Part shown: piece after piece, positions 8,946 through 18,965 of the stretch
Layout of the letters: each line of letters starts with the position of its first letter
Position numbering within the stretch: position 1 is the stretch's first letter
IMG/VR virus record: IMGVR_UViG_3300046357_000001
Coordinates: 1-62,216 of that record
DNA: 62,216 bases
Direction: 5' to 3' (one strand)
From: a virus
Taxonomy: Duplodnaviria > Caudoviricetes
Position numbers and translations under genes: made by a program
Notes under the pieces: model-generated
Told to the model about the DNA's origin: nothing
The model's database searches: none
The model's input: only the letters and a program-made list of their open reading frames with translations

Positions 8946-9318
8946 AAAGCAACACAATTTCATGGCCGCGATTGCACACTCGCCATCGTTTGCCAAGAAA
9001 GTAGGCGTCCCACAGTCCGTGGGGCAAGACTTCAGCAAAGCCGATAAAGGCAAGAAATTTTCAAAAGGTGGTGACACTATGGCTAAATTCGATCCAAAGT
9101 CCTTGTTCAAAGGCAAAGAGTCAATGAGTGAAGAACTCAAAGAAGCTAAAGCAATCAAGTCTGGCAAGATCAGCCCTATGCAGTATGCCAAGGGTGAGAA
9201 GTCTGAGCCTGTGAAAAAGATGGCTAAGGGCGGTTTTGTGCGTTCAGCTGACGGTGTTGCTTCTAAGGGTAAAACCAAGGGCACACAGGTCACCATGAAG
9301 CGCGGCGGCAAGTGCTAA
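8929..9318 (+). CDS. Lys-rich small protein with xxKGG motifs
   Basis: ATG 8929 after GGAG (MPSSSKKQHNFMAA...). Confidence 0.65.
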   Translation: MPSSSKKQHNFMAAIAHSPSFAKKVGVPQSVGQDFSKADKGKKFSKGGDTMAKFDPKSLFKGKESMSEELKEAKAIKSGKISPMQYAKGEKSEPVKKMAKGGFVRSADGVASKGKTKGTQVTMKRGGKC

Positions 9319-9330
9319 GCTGAGACGATC

Positions 9331-9696
9331 ATGTTGGCCAGCCGCGGTATGGGGGCCGTCTCCCCCTCTAAAATGCCCAAGGGCAAAAAGGTTACCCGCA
9401 AGGATAACCCCAACGAGGTTGAGATGTACGCCGACGGCGGTAAGGTCAAGTCTCCAGCGTGGACACGCAAAGAAGGCAAGGCTGAAGCCGGCGGTTTGAA
9501 TGCCAAGGGGCGTGCCTCCTACAACAAAGCAAACCCCGGCAAGCCCGGTCTGAAGGCCCCACAGCCTGAAGGCGGCAGCCGCAAGGATTCGTTTTGCGCG
9601 AGGATGTCGGGGATGAAAGCTAAATTGACCGGAGAGAAGGCCAAGAAAGACCCGAACTCTCGGATCAATAAATCTTTGAGGGCTTGGAAGTGTTGA
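9331..9696 (+). CDS. Basic hypothetical protein
   Basis: 121 aa, SPAWTRKEGK...SFCARM...LRAWKC. Confidence 0.7.
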   Translation: MLASRGMGAVSPSKMPKGKKVTRKDNPNEVEMYADGGKVKSPAWTRKEGKAEAGGLNAKGRASYNKANPGKPGLKAPQPEGGSRKDSFCARMSGMKAKLTGEKAKKDPNSRINKSLRAWKC

Positions 9697-10130
9697 GCGC
9701 TAAACGCACTTGGGGGCGAATCCCAAAATCGGCAGACGAGCACGGTAGATACCGTTGCAGTAAGTGCCACGAGTGGAAGCCGCCAGAGTTGTTTAATAAA
9801 AACAAAAACCAAGTGTCTGGGCTGAACTACGCATGTAAGGTCTGTGCAAAAGAAACCACGCGAAAGTACAATCTTCCGGCAAAATACGGCATTTCTTCGG
9901 CGCAGTTTGCGGAAAAGTTACTGGCCCAAGGTGGAAAGTGTGCTTGCTGCAATGTGTCTTTTGAATTTGATGGCAACCGTAACACACGTCCTTGTGTTGA
10001 CCACAACCACACAACCAACGAAGTGCGGGACTTGCTTTGTGGTAAATGCAATTTAGCTGCGGGTAATGTTGCGGACAGCTCGCTTAAAGCCAAGCAGCTC
10101 GCGGCGTATTTAAAAAAATGGAAATGCTAA
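9684..10130 (+). CDS. Endonuclease VII-like (His-Me) free-standing homing endonuclease
   Basis: CSKC...CKVC, KYGIS, QGGKCACC, VDHNHTTNEVRDLLCGKCN. The exact start is uncertain. Confidence 0.85.
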   Translation: MEVLSAKRTWGRIPKSADEHGRYRCSKCHEWKPPELFNKNKNQVSGLNYACKVCAKETTRKYNLPAKYGISSAQFAEKLLAQGGKCACCNVSFEFDGNRNTRPCVDHNHTTNEVRDLLCGKCNLAAGNVADSSLKAKQLAAYLKKWKC

Positions 10131-11051
10131 ATGGCAAACACCTCTGGAACCGCTGGATTTAACCTAGACCTCACCGAACTGGTTGAGGAGGCGTTTGAAC
10201 GCGTCGGTTCAGAGCTGCGCACTGGTTACGACCTGAAGACCGCTCGACGGTCTCTGAACCTTTTGTTCGCCGACTGGGCGAACCGTGGCGTGAATATGTG
10301 GACGTTTGAGCAGGGCACGATTAACCTCGTGCAAGGCCAGAACACATACGCGCTACCCAACGACACCGTGGACCTGCTCGAACACGTGATTCGTACGCAG
10401 GCCAATAGCATTAGCAACCAAGCCGACCTGACCATCACGCGTATCAGTGTTTCTACCTATGCTACGCTCCCAAACAAACTGCAACAAGCCCGTCCAATTC
10501 AGGTATGGGTACAGCGTTTGGACGGCCAACAGTCAGACATAGGAGCTACGCTTGCATCAACAATCACCTCGACAGATTCCACGATTGTTCTTACCGACGC
10601 AACTGGACTACCGTCAACCGGTTTCATCAAACTTGATTCCGAGTTCATTCAGTACGGCTACATCACGGGCAACACTTTATACAACTGCTTCCGTGGCCAG
10701 AACAACACAACCGCAGCAGCTCACACCGCTGGTGCGGCCACATACTGGGCTCGCCTCCCTGCTGTAACCGTTTGGCCGACACCTGACAATGCTCAGCAGT
10801 ATCAGTTCGTGTACTGGCGTATGCGCCGCGTGCAAGATGCCGGTGGTGGTGTGAACGTCATGGACGTGCCTTTCCGTTTCGTGCCCTGCATGACCGCTGG
10901 CTTGGCCTACTACTTGGCGCTTAAAGTGCCCGGTGGTCTGGAGCGCTTGCAGGTCTTGAAGGCCCAGTACGATGAGGCTTGGGAGATTGCCGCAGGTGAA
11001 GACCAAGAGAAGGCAGCGATCCGGTTCGTGCCGCGTCAGATGTTCATCTAA
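10131..11051 (+). CDS. Putative head-tail adaptor/connector protein
   Basis: LVEEAFER...ARRSLNLLFADWANRG, DVPFRFVPCMTAGLAYYL, and position in the morphogenesis module. Confidence 0.6.
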   Translation: MANTSGTAGFNLDLTELVEEAFERVGSELRTGYDLKTARRSLNLLFADWANRGVNMWTFEQGTINLVQGQNTYALPNDTVDLLEHVIRTQANSISNQADLTITRISVSTYATLPNKLQQARPIQVWVQRLDGQQSDIGATLASTITSTDSTIVLTDATGLPSTGFIKLDSEFIQYGYITGNTLYNCFRGQNNTTAAAHTAGAATYWARLPAVTVWPTPDNAQQYQFVYWRMRRVQDAGGGVNVMDVPFRFVPCMTAGLAYYLALKVPGGLERLQVLKAQYDEAWEIAAGEDQEKAAIRFVPRQMFI

Positions 11052-11440
11052 TGGGTAATCGTTTCTCCTCCGGCAAAAACAGCATCGCTGAGTGCGATCG
11101 CTGTGGCTTTCGCTTTAAGCTGACGCAGCTCAAGCGTGAGGTGGTGAAAACGAAGAACTACGAGCTCATGGTGTGCGGCCCTTGTTGGGACCCTGACCAC
11201 CCACAGTTGCAACTAGGTATGTACCCGGTTGATGACCCACAGGCCGTACGTAACCCACGTCCTGACCGCAGTTATGTGGCATCAGGGCTGCTGACCGATG
11301 GCTATCAAGGCCAAGGCAGTCGCATCATACAATGGGGCTGGAACCCTATTGGCGGCTCAAGCAGCTTTGATGCGCCATTAACACCAAATGACTTGATTGG
11401 TGTTGGCCAACTTGGTACACTTACTATATCAACGACGTAA
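11051..11440 (+). CDS. Hypothetical Zn-finger protein
   Basis: CDRCG...CGPCWD, coupled to the upstream stop. Confidence 0.7.
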   Translation: MGNRFSSGKNSIAECDRCGFRFKLTQLKREVVKTKNYELMVCGPCWDPDHPQLQLGMYPVDDPQAVRNPRPDRSYVASGLLTDGYQGQGSRIIQWGWNPIGGSSSFDAPLTPNDLIGVGQLGTLTISTT

Positions 11441-11450
11441 GGAGTCGAAC

Positions 11451-11639
11451 ATGACATTTAGAAAAGCAGCAGACGGTGTTACCAAATCAGGTAAGACTGA
11501 AGGTAAAAATCTTGGCGATAGCGGCCCAACCGTTTCCATCAAAGATGGCGGCAAGAGTTCCAAAGGTGGCAAAACTGATGCAGACATGCTCAAACTGGGC
11601 CGAGGTCTGGCTAAGATTGCAAATCAAAAGCGAGGTTAA
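11451..11639 (+). CDS. Small basic protein
   Basis: TAAGGAG RBS before ATG 11451. Confidence 0.65.
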   Translation: MTFRKAADGVTKSGKTEGKNLGDSGPTVSIKDGGKSSKGGKTDADMLKLGRGLAKIANQKRG

Positions 11640-11640
11640 T

Positions 11641-11880
11641 ATGGCCAAAATCAACAATTTACCAGCAGCAACTTATGCTAAGCCTCACGGCCCCAATGCC
11701 AAAGCGACAAAGATGACAGACCCAAACACTTTGGCTGCCAATCAAATGACGCTTAAAACAGCTTGCCCACGCGTAAGCGCTGGCGATCCCGCACGTGATG
11801 ACGTCAAGACTTCGGGCATCAAAATCCGCGGTACAGGCGCAGCTACCAAGGGCGTAATGGCTCGCGGTCCAATGGCATAA
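11641..11880 (+). CDS. Small basic protein
   Basis: GAGG RBS before ATG 11641, ends GIKIRGTGAATKG...GPMA. Confidence 0.65.
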   Translation: MAKINNLPAATYAKPHGPNAKATKMTDPNTLAANQMTLKTACPRVSAGDPARDDVKTSGIKIRGTGAATKGVMARGPMA

Positions 11881-11883
11881 GAC

Positions 11884-12615
11884 ATGAACTACACCGAGTT
11901 GTTTAACACGATCAAGTCGTACTGCGAAAACGATTTCGCGGAATCGACGTTTACTAACCCCACAGGGGGCGTAACAGTCGTTGCAAGTTCGGAGCAAGTA
12001 AACCTGTTCATCCGTCAGGCCGAGCAACGCATTTACAACACGGTGCAGCCTCCAGTGCTGCGTAAGAACTTATACGGTTCGTTGTCCGCAGGTGAGAAAT
12101 ACTTGAACTTGCCTGATGATTTTTTAGCGGTGTACTCGTTGGCGGTGTTGACTGACCCAACGGCTGGTGTGCTTGATAGCCCGCAAGAGTTCTTGCTGAA
12201 CAAAGACGTTAGTTTCGTTCGCCAAGCATACCCAACACCGACAGATACAGGCTTGCCCAAGTATTACGCGTTGTTCGGTATGACTGTGGGCGACAACGTC
12301 CCCACCCCGTATAAGCAGTACTCTTTGATTGTTGGACCAACGCCAGACCTTGCGTACAGCGTTGAGCTGCACTACTACCACTACCCGCAATCTATTGTGG
12401 ACGTTGGCACATCATGGTTAGGCGATAATTTCGACTCCGTGCTGTTGTATGGTGCGCTGCTTGAGGCAATCGTGTTCATGAAGGGCGAAACGGACATTGC
12501 AACAATGTACAAAGCTAGGTACGATGACGCAATGGGTTTATACAAACAAATGGGTGACGGTAAAGAGCGTCAAGACGCGTACCGTTCTGGTCAAGTTCGA
12601 GTACCCGTGCAATAA
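11884..12615 (+). CDS. Putative tail adaptor (tail tubular A-like)
   Basis: MNYTEL...FIRQAEQRI...GLPKYYA...GPTPD...LLYGALLEA. Confidence 0.6.
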   Translation: MNYTELFNTIKSYCENDFAESTFTNPTGGVTVVASSEQVNLFIRQAEQRIYNTVQPPVLRKNLYGSLSAGEKYLNLPDDFLAVYSLAVLTDPTAGVLDSPQEFLLNKDVSFVRQAYPTPTDTGLPKYYALFGMTVGDNVPTPYKQYSLIVGPTPDLAYSVELHYYHYPQSIVDVGTSWLGDNFDSVLLYGALLEAIVFMKGETDIATMYKARYDDAMGLYKQMGDGKERQDAYRSGQVRVPVQ

Positions 12616-12636
12616 CGGAATTTTTGGAGCATCACA

Positions 12637-13059
12637 ATGGCTATTACACAATCCCTTGCAACGAGCTTCAAAGTTCAGCTTTTGCAAGGCTCGCAAAACT
12701 TTTCAAGCGACACGTTTAAAGTTGCGCTGTTCACTTCTTCTGTAGTACTCGGCCCCACCACAACCGCGTACAGCACAGCAAATGAGATTTCCGGCGCTGG
12801 GTACACCGCTGGCGGTAACACACTGACGGTCTCTACCCCGCCCACATCTGGCGGCACTACGGCGTTTATCTCCTTTGCTAACACCTCATGGACAAACGCT
12901 TCGTTTACTGCTCGTGGGGCGCTGCTCTACAACGCCACAAATGGCAATGCCTGTGTGGCAGTGTTCGACTTCGGCGCAGACAAAACGGTAGTGGCCGGTA
13001 CGTTCACCATCACTTTCCCTGCTGCTGACGCAACAAGCGCCATCATCCGTATTGCTTAA
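12637..13059 (+). CDS. Virion structural protein
   Basis: SFKVQLL...FKVALFT...GYTAGG...TARGALLYN...DFGADK. Confidence 0.65.
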   Translation: MAITQSLATSFKVQLLQGSQNFSSDTFKVALFTSSVVLGPTTTAYSTANEISGAGYTAGGNTLTVSTPPTSGGTTAFISFANTSWTNASFTARGALLYNATNGNACVAVFDFGADKTVVAGTFTITFPAADATSAIIRIA

Positions 13060-13071
13060 TCGGGAGTCAAC

Positions 13072-14697
13072 ATGGCACTTGTTCTTAATGATCGCGTTTT
13101 AGAGACCTCTACCTCAACAGGTACAGGTACTTTTACGCTGGCTGGAGCCCCAAGCGGATTCCAGTCTTTCTCTGCCGGTATCGGTAGCAGCAACACGACG
13201 TACTACTGTATCGTCAATAGCAGCGCGGATGAGTGGGAAGTGGGTCTCGGTACTCTGGATTCGGGTGCCACCGTGCTTACGCGCACCACTGTCTACCAAT
13301 CGTCTAACAGCAACAACGCTGTGACCTTTACGGCGGGCGTGAAGAACGTCTTCTGTACATACCCATCCAGCAAGTCTGTGAACTTGGACCCGGGCGGTTT
13401 CCTGACTTTGGGTACGCCAAGCGGTACGACGTTCACAAACTCCCTTGCTCAGTTTTACGCAAACGTTAACAGCTATGCGCAGTTGCTCTTACAAAACACC
13501 AATGCGGGAAACGCGGCATCTACTGACCTAGTGCTGACTGCAGACACTGGCACAGACACTAGCAACTACTTTGATTTTGGTATCAACAGCTCTACGTACG
13601 CAGACCCGGCATACACTGCTGTTGGGCCTGTAGATAGCTACGCAATTGCTTCGGGTGGAAACTTAGCCATCCTTGCTAGCACCTCCGGCAAGTCGATTAA
13701 GTTCTTCCAAGGCGGCACGCTGGCGGCAAATGAAGTTGCTCGTTTTGCTCCAACTACGAACAACGTGCTGATTGGCACTACCGCTGACACTGCGGGTGTT
13801 CGGTTGAAAATTGTTGGTGGTTCAGCACAAGTGGCGGGTGTGATTGAGTCGACTTCTGGCGGATTCAAGTTCCCCAACGGCCAAATACAGACTGCGTCCG
13901 TGCAGCCTACCCAAGTCACTGTTGGCTTGGGCGGTGTAGGCGCGGTTGTGCAGTCATACAACTACTCGTTCCGTGACGCCAGTGCAAACACATCGAGCAT
14001 TATCAACATGGCCCCTACAGCAAAAGCCGCTAATACGGTGATTGCGCTTGGTACGACCGCTGGGGGTTCTTCCTACACAACGGGCACGTACTACAACGTG
14101 CCGTTGACTGGTGGCACAGGTTCCGGCTTGGTCGCATCGTCCATCACTGTGGCAGTAGGTGCTGTGACTTCGGTCAACCTATACAACGTGGTCGGTGCTT
14201 TTGCTAACGGCACAATTGTTGGCGGTTCTGGATATACCAACGGTACGTACTTCAACGTGCTTTTGACCGGCGGTTCTGGTACAAGCGCTACCGCTACTTC
14301 CGTTACCGTATCCGGCGGCGTCGTGACTTCGGTGGTTATTGCCGCCACAGGTACAGGTTTTAACTACCTTGCTGGCGATGTGCTGACAGCCTCTACGGCA
14401 ATTCTCGGCGCAGGTTCTGCGTTTACATACACCTTAGCCGCAGTTGCAGGCGCTACGGCATCAGGCTCTGGGTATTCTTACGGCGATACGCTGTCTGCTG
14501 CGGCAGCTTCTATCGGCGGTACTGGTTCTGGTTTTTCTAGCCCTGTCGCTTTGCTGTCGGGTGGCGGGGATGAACTGGAAATGGACGGACTGAAGGTAGC
14601 GGCGTCTTGCACGACAGCCGGTATCATCAACATCTACATCGACGCAAGCCCCGGATACATTGCCGGCGGTCGCACTTTTGCTTACACTCTCGGTTAA
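13072..14697 (+). CDS. Tail fiber protein
   Basis: MALVLNDRVLETSTSTGTGT N-terminal module, G/T/S-rich, internal GGSxYTxGTYxNV repeat. Confidence 0.7.
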   Translation: MALVLNDRVLETSTSTGTGTFTLAGAPSGFQSFSAGIGSSNTTYYCIVNSSADEWEVGLGTLDSGATVLTRTTVYQSSNSNNAVTFTAGVKNVFCTYPSSKSVNLDPGGFLTLGTPSGTTFTNSLAQFYANVNSYAQLLLQNTNAGNAASTDLVLTADTGTDTSNYFDFGINSSTYADPAYTAVGPVDSYAIASGGNLAILASTSGKSIKFFQGGTLAANEVARFAPTTNNVLIGTTADTAGVRLKIVGGSAQVAGVIESTSGGFKFPNGQIQTASVQPTQVTVGLGGVGAVVQSYNYSFRDASANTSSIINMAPTAKAANTVIALGTTAGGSSYTTGTYYNVPLTGGTGSGLVASSITVAVGAVTSVNLYNVVGAFANGTIVGGSGYTNGTYFNVLLTGGSGTSATATSVTVSGGVVTSVVIAATGTGFNYLAGDVLTASTAILGAGSAFTYTLAAVAGATASGSGYSYGDTLSAAAASIGGTGSGFSSPVALLSGGGDELEMDGLKVAASCTTAGIINIYIDASPGYIAGGRTFAYTLG

Positions 14698-14711
14698 CTA
14701 AGGAGCTTCAA

Positions 14712-15392
14712 ATGGCTATCATTCAATCAGGTGCTAACAGCACAGTTCTTCAAACAGTGGACCCAACAATGACAGCGGCGCACATTTCTGTGCGTCCTTC
14801 AGAGTGTTTGGGTGCATACGAGATGGGCGTTACGTCTGGCGTGTACACTCTCGCCGCCGCAGGGTCTACCGCCTTCTCGTTCCGCTGGGCTCCCGCTACA
14901 AGTACAAACCTATGCTTGATCCGCCGGATTGAGATTGGCTTCTCCACAATCACAGCGTTTACCACTGCGCAGTCTTTGCAGTTCTCTTTGCAGGCTGCGC
15001 GTCAATGGACAGCTAACGATACGGGCGGTTTAACTGCTGCGTTTACGCAGACCAACACTGGTAAATTGCGCACTACGATGCCTACATCGGCTTTTGCTGG
15101 TGGTGGTCAAATCATGATCGCTAACACCGGCGCTAACACTGCGGGTACACGTACCTTGGACACTCAAGCCATGGCATTTGTAAACGGCACATCGACAACC
15201 GTTGGTACTACTATGCCAGCCACACCGATTTACCAGCACCAGACTGGCGACTACCCGATGATTCTTGCAGCTAACGAAGGCTTCATTATCAACAACGTGC
15301 AGACTATGGCCGTTGCGGGCGCTATCAACTTGTACGTAAACGTCGAGTGGTTTGAGCTGGCGGCTACTACCGGCAACGCAATCGCTTACTAA
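14712..15392 (+). CDS. Tail-associated hypothetical protein
   Basis: TAAGGAG RBS before ATG 14712. Confidence 0.65.
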   Translation: MAIIQSGANSTVLQTVDPTMTAAHISVRPSECLGAYEMGVTSGVYTLAAAGSTAFSFRWAPATSTNLCLIRRIEIGFSTITAFTTAQSLQFSLQAARQWTANDTGGLTAAFTQTNTGKLRTTMPTSAFAGGGQIMIANTGANTAGTRTLDTQAMAFVNGTSTTVGTTMPATPIYQHQTGDYPMILAANEGFIINNVQTMAVAGAINLYVNVEWFELAATTGNAIAY

Positions 15393-15395
15393 AAA

Positions 15396-15411
15396 CGGGG
15401 GCTTCGGCCCC
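15396..15411 (+). terminator. UUCG hairpin (second copy)
   Basis: ggggc-ttcg-gcccc immediately after the stop codon. Confidence 0.45.
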
Positions 15412-15429
15412 TCTCGTTGAAAGGCACTC

Positions 15430-15654
15430 ATGTTTGGTTTAGCTCCATTTGCCGGCGCTCCGTTTTCGAGTGCCTTACAGTTCACATCCACAGTACCTGT
15501 GACGGGTTTCGCCGCCACTGCGCAGTTGGGTGCTTTGGGCCTACAAAGCGGTATCAGCTTAACTCTAGCGGGTGTTGGGGCGACTGCCTCTTTAGGTACC
15601 TTAAATGCCAACAAGGGCCCAGTGACATGGACATCGGTAATCACGGCGCAATAA
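15430..15654 (+). CDS. Small tail-module protein
   Basis: MFGLAPFAGAPFSS N-terminus, 74 aa. Confidence 0.55.
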   Translation: MFGLAPFAGAPFSSALQFTSTVPVTGFAATAQLGALGLQSGISLTLAGVGATASLGTLNANKGPVTWTSVITAQ

Positions 15655-15655
15655 G

Positions 15656-15877
15656 ATGAAACAGACAACCCCTACACGTATTCTTGAAGACGGAACCATC
15701 GAACCTGCGCACGAGGTGGAGGTCGTCTGTTCGCATTGTCAAGACCCAGTGAGCCAAGAAGAATCGCAGACTGGTGTTTGCACGTCTTGTGGACAGCCGT
15801 GGGCTCCTTCGCAGAGCGTCAATGTGTTTGCCTCCTCGCTCCCTTCGCTCACAGTAGACGTATTCAAATTCACATAA
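15656..15877 (+). CDS. Small Zn-finger protein
   Basis: CSHC...CTSCG. Confidence 0.6.
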   Translation: MKQTTPTRILEDGTIEPAHEVEVVCSHCQDPVSQEESQTGVCTSCGQPWAPSQSVNVFASSLPSLTVDVFKFT

Positions 15878-15886
15878 AGGGGCGAC

Positions 15887-16705
15887 ATGTCTTCAGGATT
15901 TTCACCCGACTTACGTATCGAACTCATCGGCACCGGCGACCAAGCCGGTGTATGGGGCGCTACGACCAACACAAACCTAGGCACCGTTCTTGAGAGCGCG
16001 ATTGCAGGTTACCTCTCTGTCAGCGTTGTTGCAGCCGCACAAGCGCTTGTTGCGGAGTACGGTACGGCCGATCAGGCGCGGTATGCGGTCATTGCATTTA
16101 CCACCCTTACCGGTGCAAACTTTGCGGTGTACGCCCCACCAAGCCCTAAGATGTATGTTATTTACAACACAACGGCGTATACGGCGACGGTCTACAACTC
16201 GACCCTGCTAGGCGACACTACTGCGGCAGGTACAGGCGTAGCCGTCCCCGCAGGTAAGGTAATGACAATTTGGAGCGACGGCACAAACTTCGCCCCCCAA
16301 AACACCCACCTAAACGCCCCGACGTTTACATCCCTCGCTTTAGGCACACCGGTCTCAGGTACGCTGACAAATGCCACAGGCTTGCCTATTTCTTCCGGTG
16401 TTGTCGGTCTTGGTACTGGAGTTTCTACTGCATTGGGTTTGAACGTCGGTAGTGCTGGCGCTCCAGTGGTAAACGGCGGGAGTTTGGGCACACCATCCTC
16501 CGGCGCATTGACAAACTGCACGTTCCCTATCCTGAACCAAAGCACAACTGGCACTGCTGCAGGGCTTTCCGGCAGTAACTGGACTGTGACACTCTCGGGT
16601 ACAAAAATTTACTTTGCTTTTGGTGGGGTAAACAAAGCATCCATCGACAGTTCAGGTAACTTGGTTGTGGTTGGCAACGTGACTGCCTTTGGCGCTATTA
16701 CGTAA
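15887..16705 (+). CDS. Tail fiber-like protein
   Basis: LRIELIGTGDQAGVWGATTNTNL, LGTPxSGxLTN repeats, and a C-terminal GNVTAF motif. Confidence 0.65.
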   Translation: MSSGFSPDLRIELIGTGDQAGVWGATTNTNLGTVLESAIAGYLSVSVVAAAQALVAEYGTADQARYAVIAFTTLTGANFAVYAPPSPKMYVIYNTTAYTATVYNSTLLGDTTAAGTGVAVPAGKVMTIWSDGTNFAPQNTHLNAPTFTSLALGTPVSGTLTNATGLPISSGVVGLGTGVSTALGLNVGSAGAPVVNGGSLGTPSSGALTNCTFPILNQSTTGTAAGLSGSNWTVTLSGTKIYFAFGGVNKASIDSSGNLVVVGNVTAFGAIT

Positions 16706-16713
16706 GGTGCGCT

Positions 16714-17706
16714 ATGACACTTCCTGTTTTCGGTAACCCTTTATCGCTGGCTCAGATTCAGACGGAATTTGGCGGCGTAACCCCTGCTAGCCTCGACGCA
16801 TACTACGCAGGCGGCGTTAATGTTGTGGCGGGCACGGTCGGCTATCCGAACGGTGGCGGAGCGGTGAACATCCCTTCTGCGGGAACCATTTCAATCAATT
16901 CCTTTTTCGGCGCACGTAAAGCTATTTCCGCGACAGGCGGAACCATCACGACTATCGGCGGCTACCGCTATCACGTGTTCACCGCGAGTGATACGTTCGC
17001 CGTCACTGCTGCATCTACAGGTGCGACTATCGAGGTCTTGGCTGTCGGTGGTGGCGGCTCAGGAGGCAACAAACGTGGCGGCGGTGCCGGTGCGGGGGGT
17101 GTGATCTATAACAGCAGTGTGGGTATTGCTGTAACGGCCTATCCTGTGGTGGTTGGCGCTGGTGGTGGCGTGAACGGCGGTGAATCGGCCAACGGCAGCA
17201 ACGGTAACCCCTCAACTTTTAACACTAGCTCTGTGATTGCGGGCTTTGGCGGCAACGGCTCTGGTTGGGGCGGTTCTGGCGGCGCAGGCGGAGTAAATAA
17301 TGGTAACGGCGGCGGCGGCTGTAACGTGGGTTCGGGCGGTGCAGGGACGCGCCCCGCTGGTGCGGGTAGCGGCGCAGGCTTTGCGGGCGGTTCAGTTGTT
17401 TCCTTGTACGGGTGCGCAGGCTCTGCCACTTGCGGCGGTGGTGGTGCAGCGGCGGCGGGTACAAACGGTGGTGATGCGGCTGCTGGTGGCGCTGGTACTA
17501 CTGCATATAACGCATGGGGCACTGCTGCTGGATTTGCTACAACGCTGTCTACGGGCGGTCGCGGCGGTGCTACTTGCGGCGGCTCAAACGGCGTAGCTGG
17601 AGGCGCTAACACTGGCGAAGGCGGATGGGGCGGCGATGGTTCTTCCGCAAACACCGGCGGTCAAGGCGGTTCTGGTATCGTCGTAGTCCGTTACGCATAC
17701 CCATAA
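16714..17706 (+). CDS. Glycine-rich tail fiber/receptor-binding protein
   Basis: ATGGTITTIGGYRYHVFT...VGGGGSGG...ANTGxGG...GGSGIVVVRY. Confidence 0.75.
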   Translation: MTLPVFGNPLSLAQIQTEFGGVTPASLDAYYAGGVNVVAGTVGYPNGGGAVNIPSAGTISINSFFGARKAISATGGTITTIGGYRYHVFTASDTFAVTAASTGATIEVLAVGGGGSGGNKRGGGAGAGGVIYNSSVGIAVTAYPVVVGAGGGVNGGESANGSNGNPSTFNTSSVIAGFGGNGSGWGGSGGAGGVNNGNGGGGCNVGSGGAGTRPAGAGSGAGFAGGSVVSLYGCAGSATCGGGGAAAAGTNGGDAAAGGAGTTAYNAWGTAAGFATTLSTGGRGGATCGGSNGVAGGANTGEGGWGGDGSSANTGGQGGSGIVVVRYAYP

Positions 17707-17714
17707 GGATAGAC

Positions 17715-18137
17715 ATGGCGCACTTTGCAAAAGTTGAAAATGGCGTTGTTACGCAAGTCATTGTCTCTGGACAAGGTTTCATCGACGCGGGCTTTGTGGG
17801 CGACCCTAAAGATTGGGTACAAACAAGTTTTAACACGCGTGGTGGTTTGCACTACGGGGCCGACGGACTGCCCGACGGCGGGGACGCATTGCGCAAGAAC
17901 TTCGCATGTGTGGGGTACACCTACGATGCAGGCTTAGACGCGTTCTACGCCCCGTCTCCGTACCCTAGCTGGGTGCTGAACGAAGACGCCTGCTTGTGGG
18001 AACCGCCTATTCCAAAACCCGCTGATTTCAACGACTACCCAGAAATTGAAAAGTACCCTTCATGCCCCCTGCCCGGCGACTACAAAGACTACATTTGGGA
18101 TGAGCCTACCTTGTCATGGGTAGAGTTGGGCTGGTGA
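17715..18137 (+). CDS. Putative tail fiber assembly/chaperone protein
   Basis: MAHFAKVENGVVTQVIV...WVQTSFN...RKNFA...PYPSW...WDE, TAAGGA RBS. Confidence 0.6.
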   Translation: MAHFAKVENGVVTQVIVSGQGFIDAGFVGDPKDWVQTSFNTRGGLHYGADGLPDGGDALRKNFACVGYTYDAGLDAFYAPSPYPSWVLNEDACLWEPPIPKPADFNDYPEIEKYPSCPLPGDYKDYIWDEPTLSWVELGW

Positions 18138-18138
18138 T

Positions 18139-18825
18139 GTGCCGATAGGAACCGCTCTCTTCGCCGCGACTACGGCGTTTCAGCTTGTAAAGGAAGGCTG
18201 TGCGCTGTACAAAGAAGTGAAGGGGGTAGCTGGTAACGTCAAGCAGATTTACGACGAGATCAACGGGCAGTTTGCAGGTAAGAAGGTTTCAAAGGCGCAG
18301 GCTGCTGAGATCACGAAAGAGAAGAAGCGAGTCGAGGAAGTTGCGAAAGCCGACCCCACTGATGTGGTGTTTAAGATCGGCGATAACCTTGGCTTGATGT
18401 TTGATGCGTTTGATACGCTTGAGGCCATATTCTGGCAGCAGGAGCGTGACGCAAAGAAAGTGCAGAGTAAGGATGTTTCGTTAAAGCGGATGGCACTCAA
18501 ACGGATACTGATTCGGAACAAGTTGCAGTCAATGCATTCCGAGATTAAGCACCAGATGATTTACGAATCACCGCCTGAGTTGGGGTCGTTGTGGTCTGAC
18601 TTTGAGGCGATGCGAGACAAGATTGAAGCCGAGCAGAAGACGGCACGGGAGATTCAGGAACACGAAGACGAACTTGAGTTAAAGCGCAAAGATGCGCTGA
18701 TGCGTGAGGCTCGGGATATGTCAATTGATGCAGGTGTGGCGTTTGCTGCTTTACTTTTTCTTGGATGGATAATGTGGCAAATAAAAGTTCAAACGGCAGC
18801 ACGGGCGTCTTTCTGGGTCACTTGA
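18139..18825 (+). CDS. Hypothetical coiled-coil protein with C-terminal TM helix
   Basis: 228-aa ORF with hydrophobic C-terminus. Confidence 0.65.
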   Translation: MPIGTALFAATTAFQLVKEGCALYKEVKGVAGNVKQIYDEINGQFAGKKVSKAQAAEITKEKKRVEEVAKADPTDVVFKIGDNLGLMFDAFDTLEAIFWQQERDAKKVQSKDVSLKRMALKRILIRNKLQSMHSEIKHQMIYESPPELGSLWSDFEAMRDKIEAEQKTAREIQEHEDELELKRKDALMREARDMSIDAGVAFAALLFLGWIMWQIKVQTAARASFWVT

Positions 18826-18965
18826 TGGTGCTTGTTGTGTTGGTTGTCGTCCTTGCCTTTTCGTTTATCTCATACGTAGAAACCCTATGGATGAAAGAAG
18901 AGATCAAGAAAGAAGCTCGTGAGCTACGTCGGCTCAAGGAAGAATTGAAGAAGGGACTGAAATGA
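18825..18965 (+). CDS. Small membrane protein
   Basis: TGATG coupling; MVLVVLVVVLAFSFISY followed by a charged tail. Confidence 0.5.
   Translation: MVLVVLVVVLAFSFISYVETLWMKEEIKKEARELRRLKEELKKGLK

Noticed and set aside
13072-17706. Diversity-generating retroelement or invertible tail-fiber cassette
   Set aside because: No reverse transcriptase, TR/VR pair or invertase seen. The internal repeats are ordinary fiber repeats.
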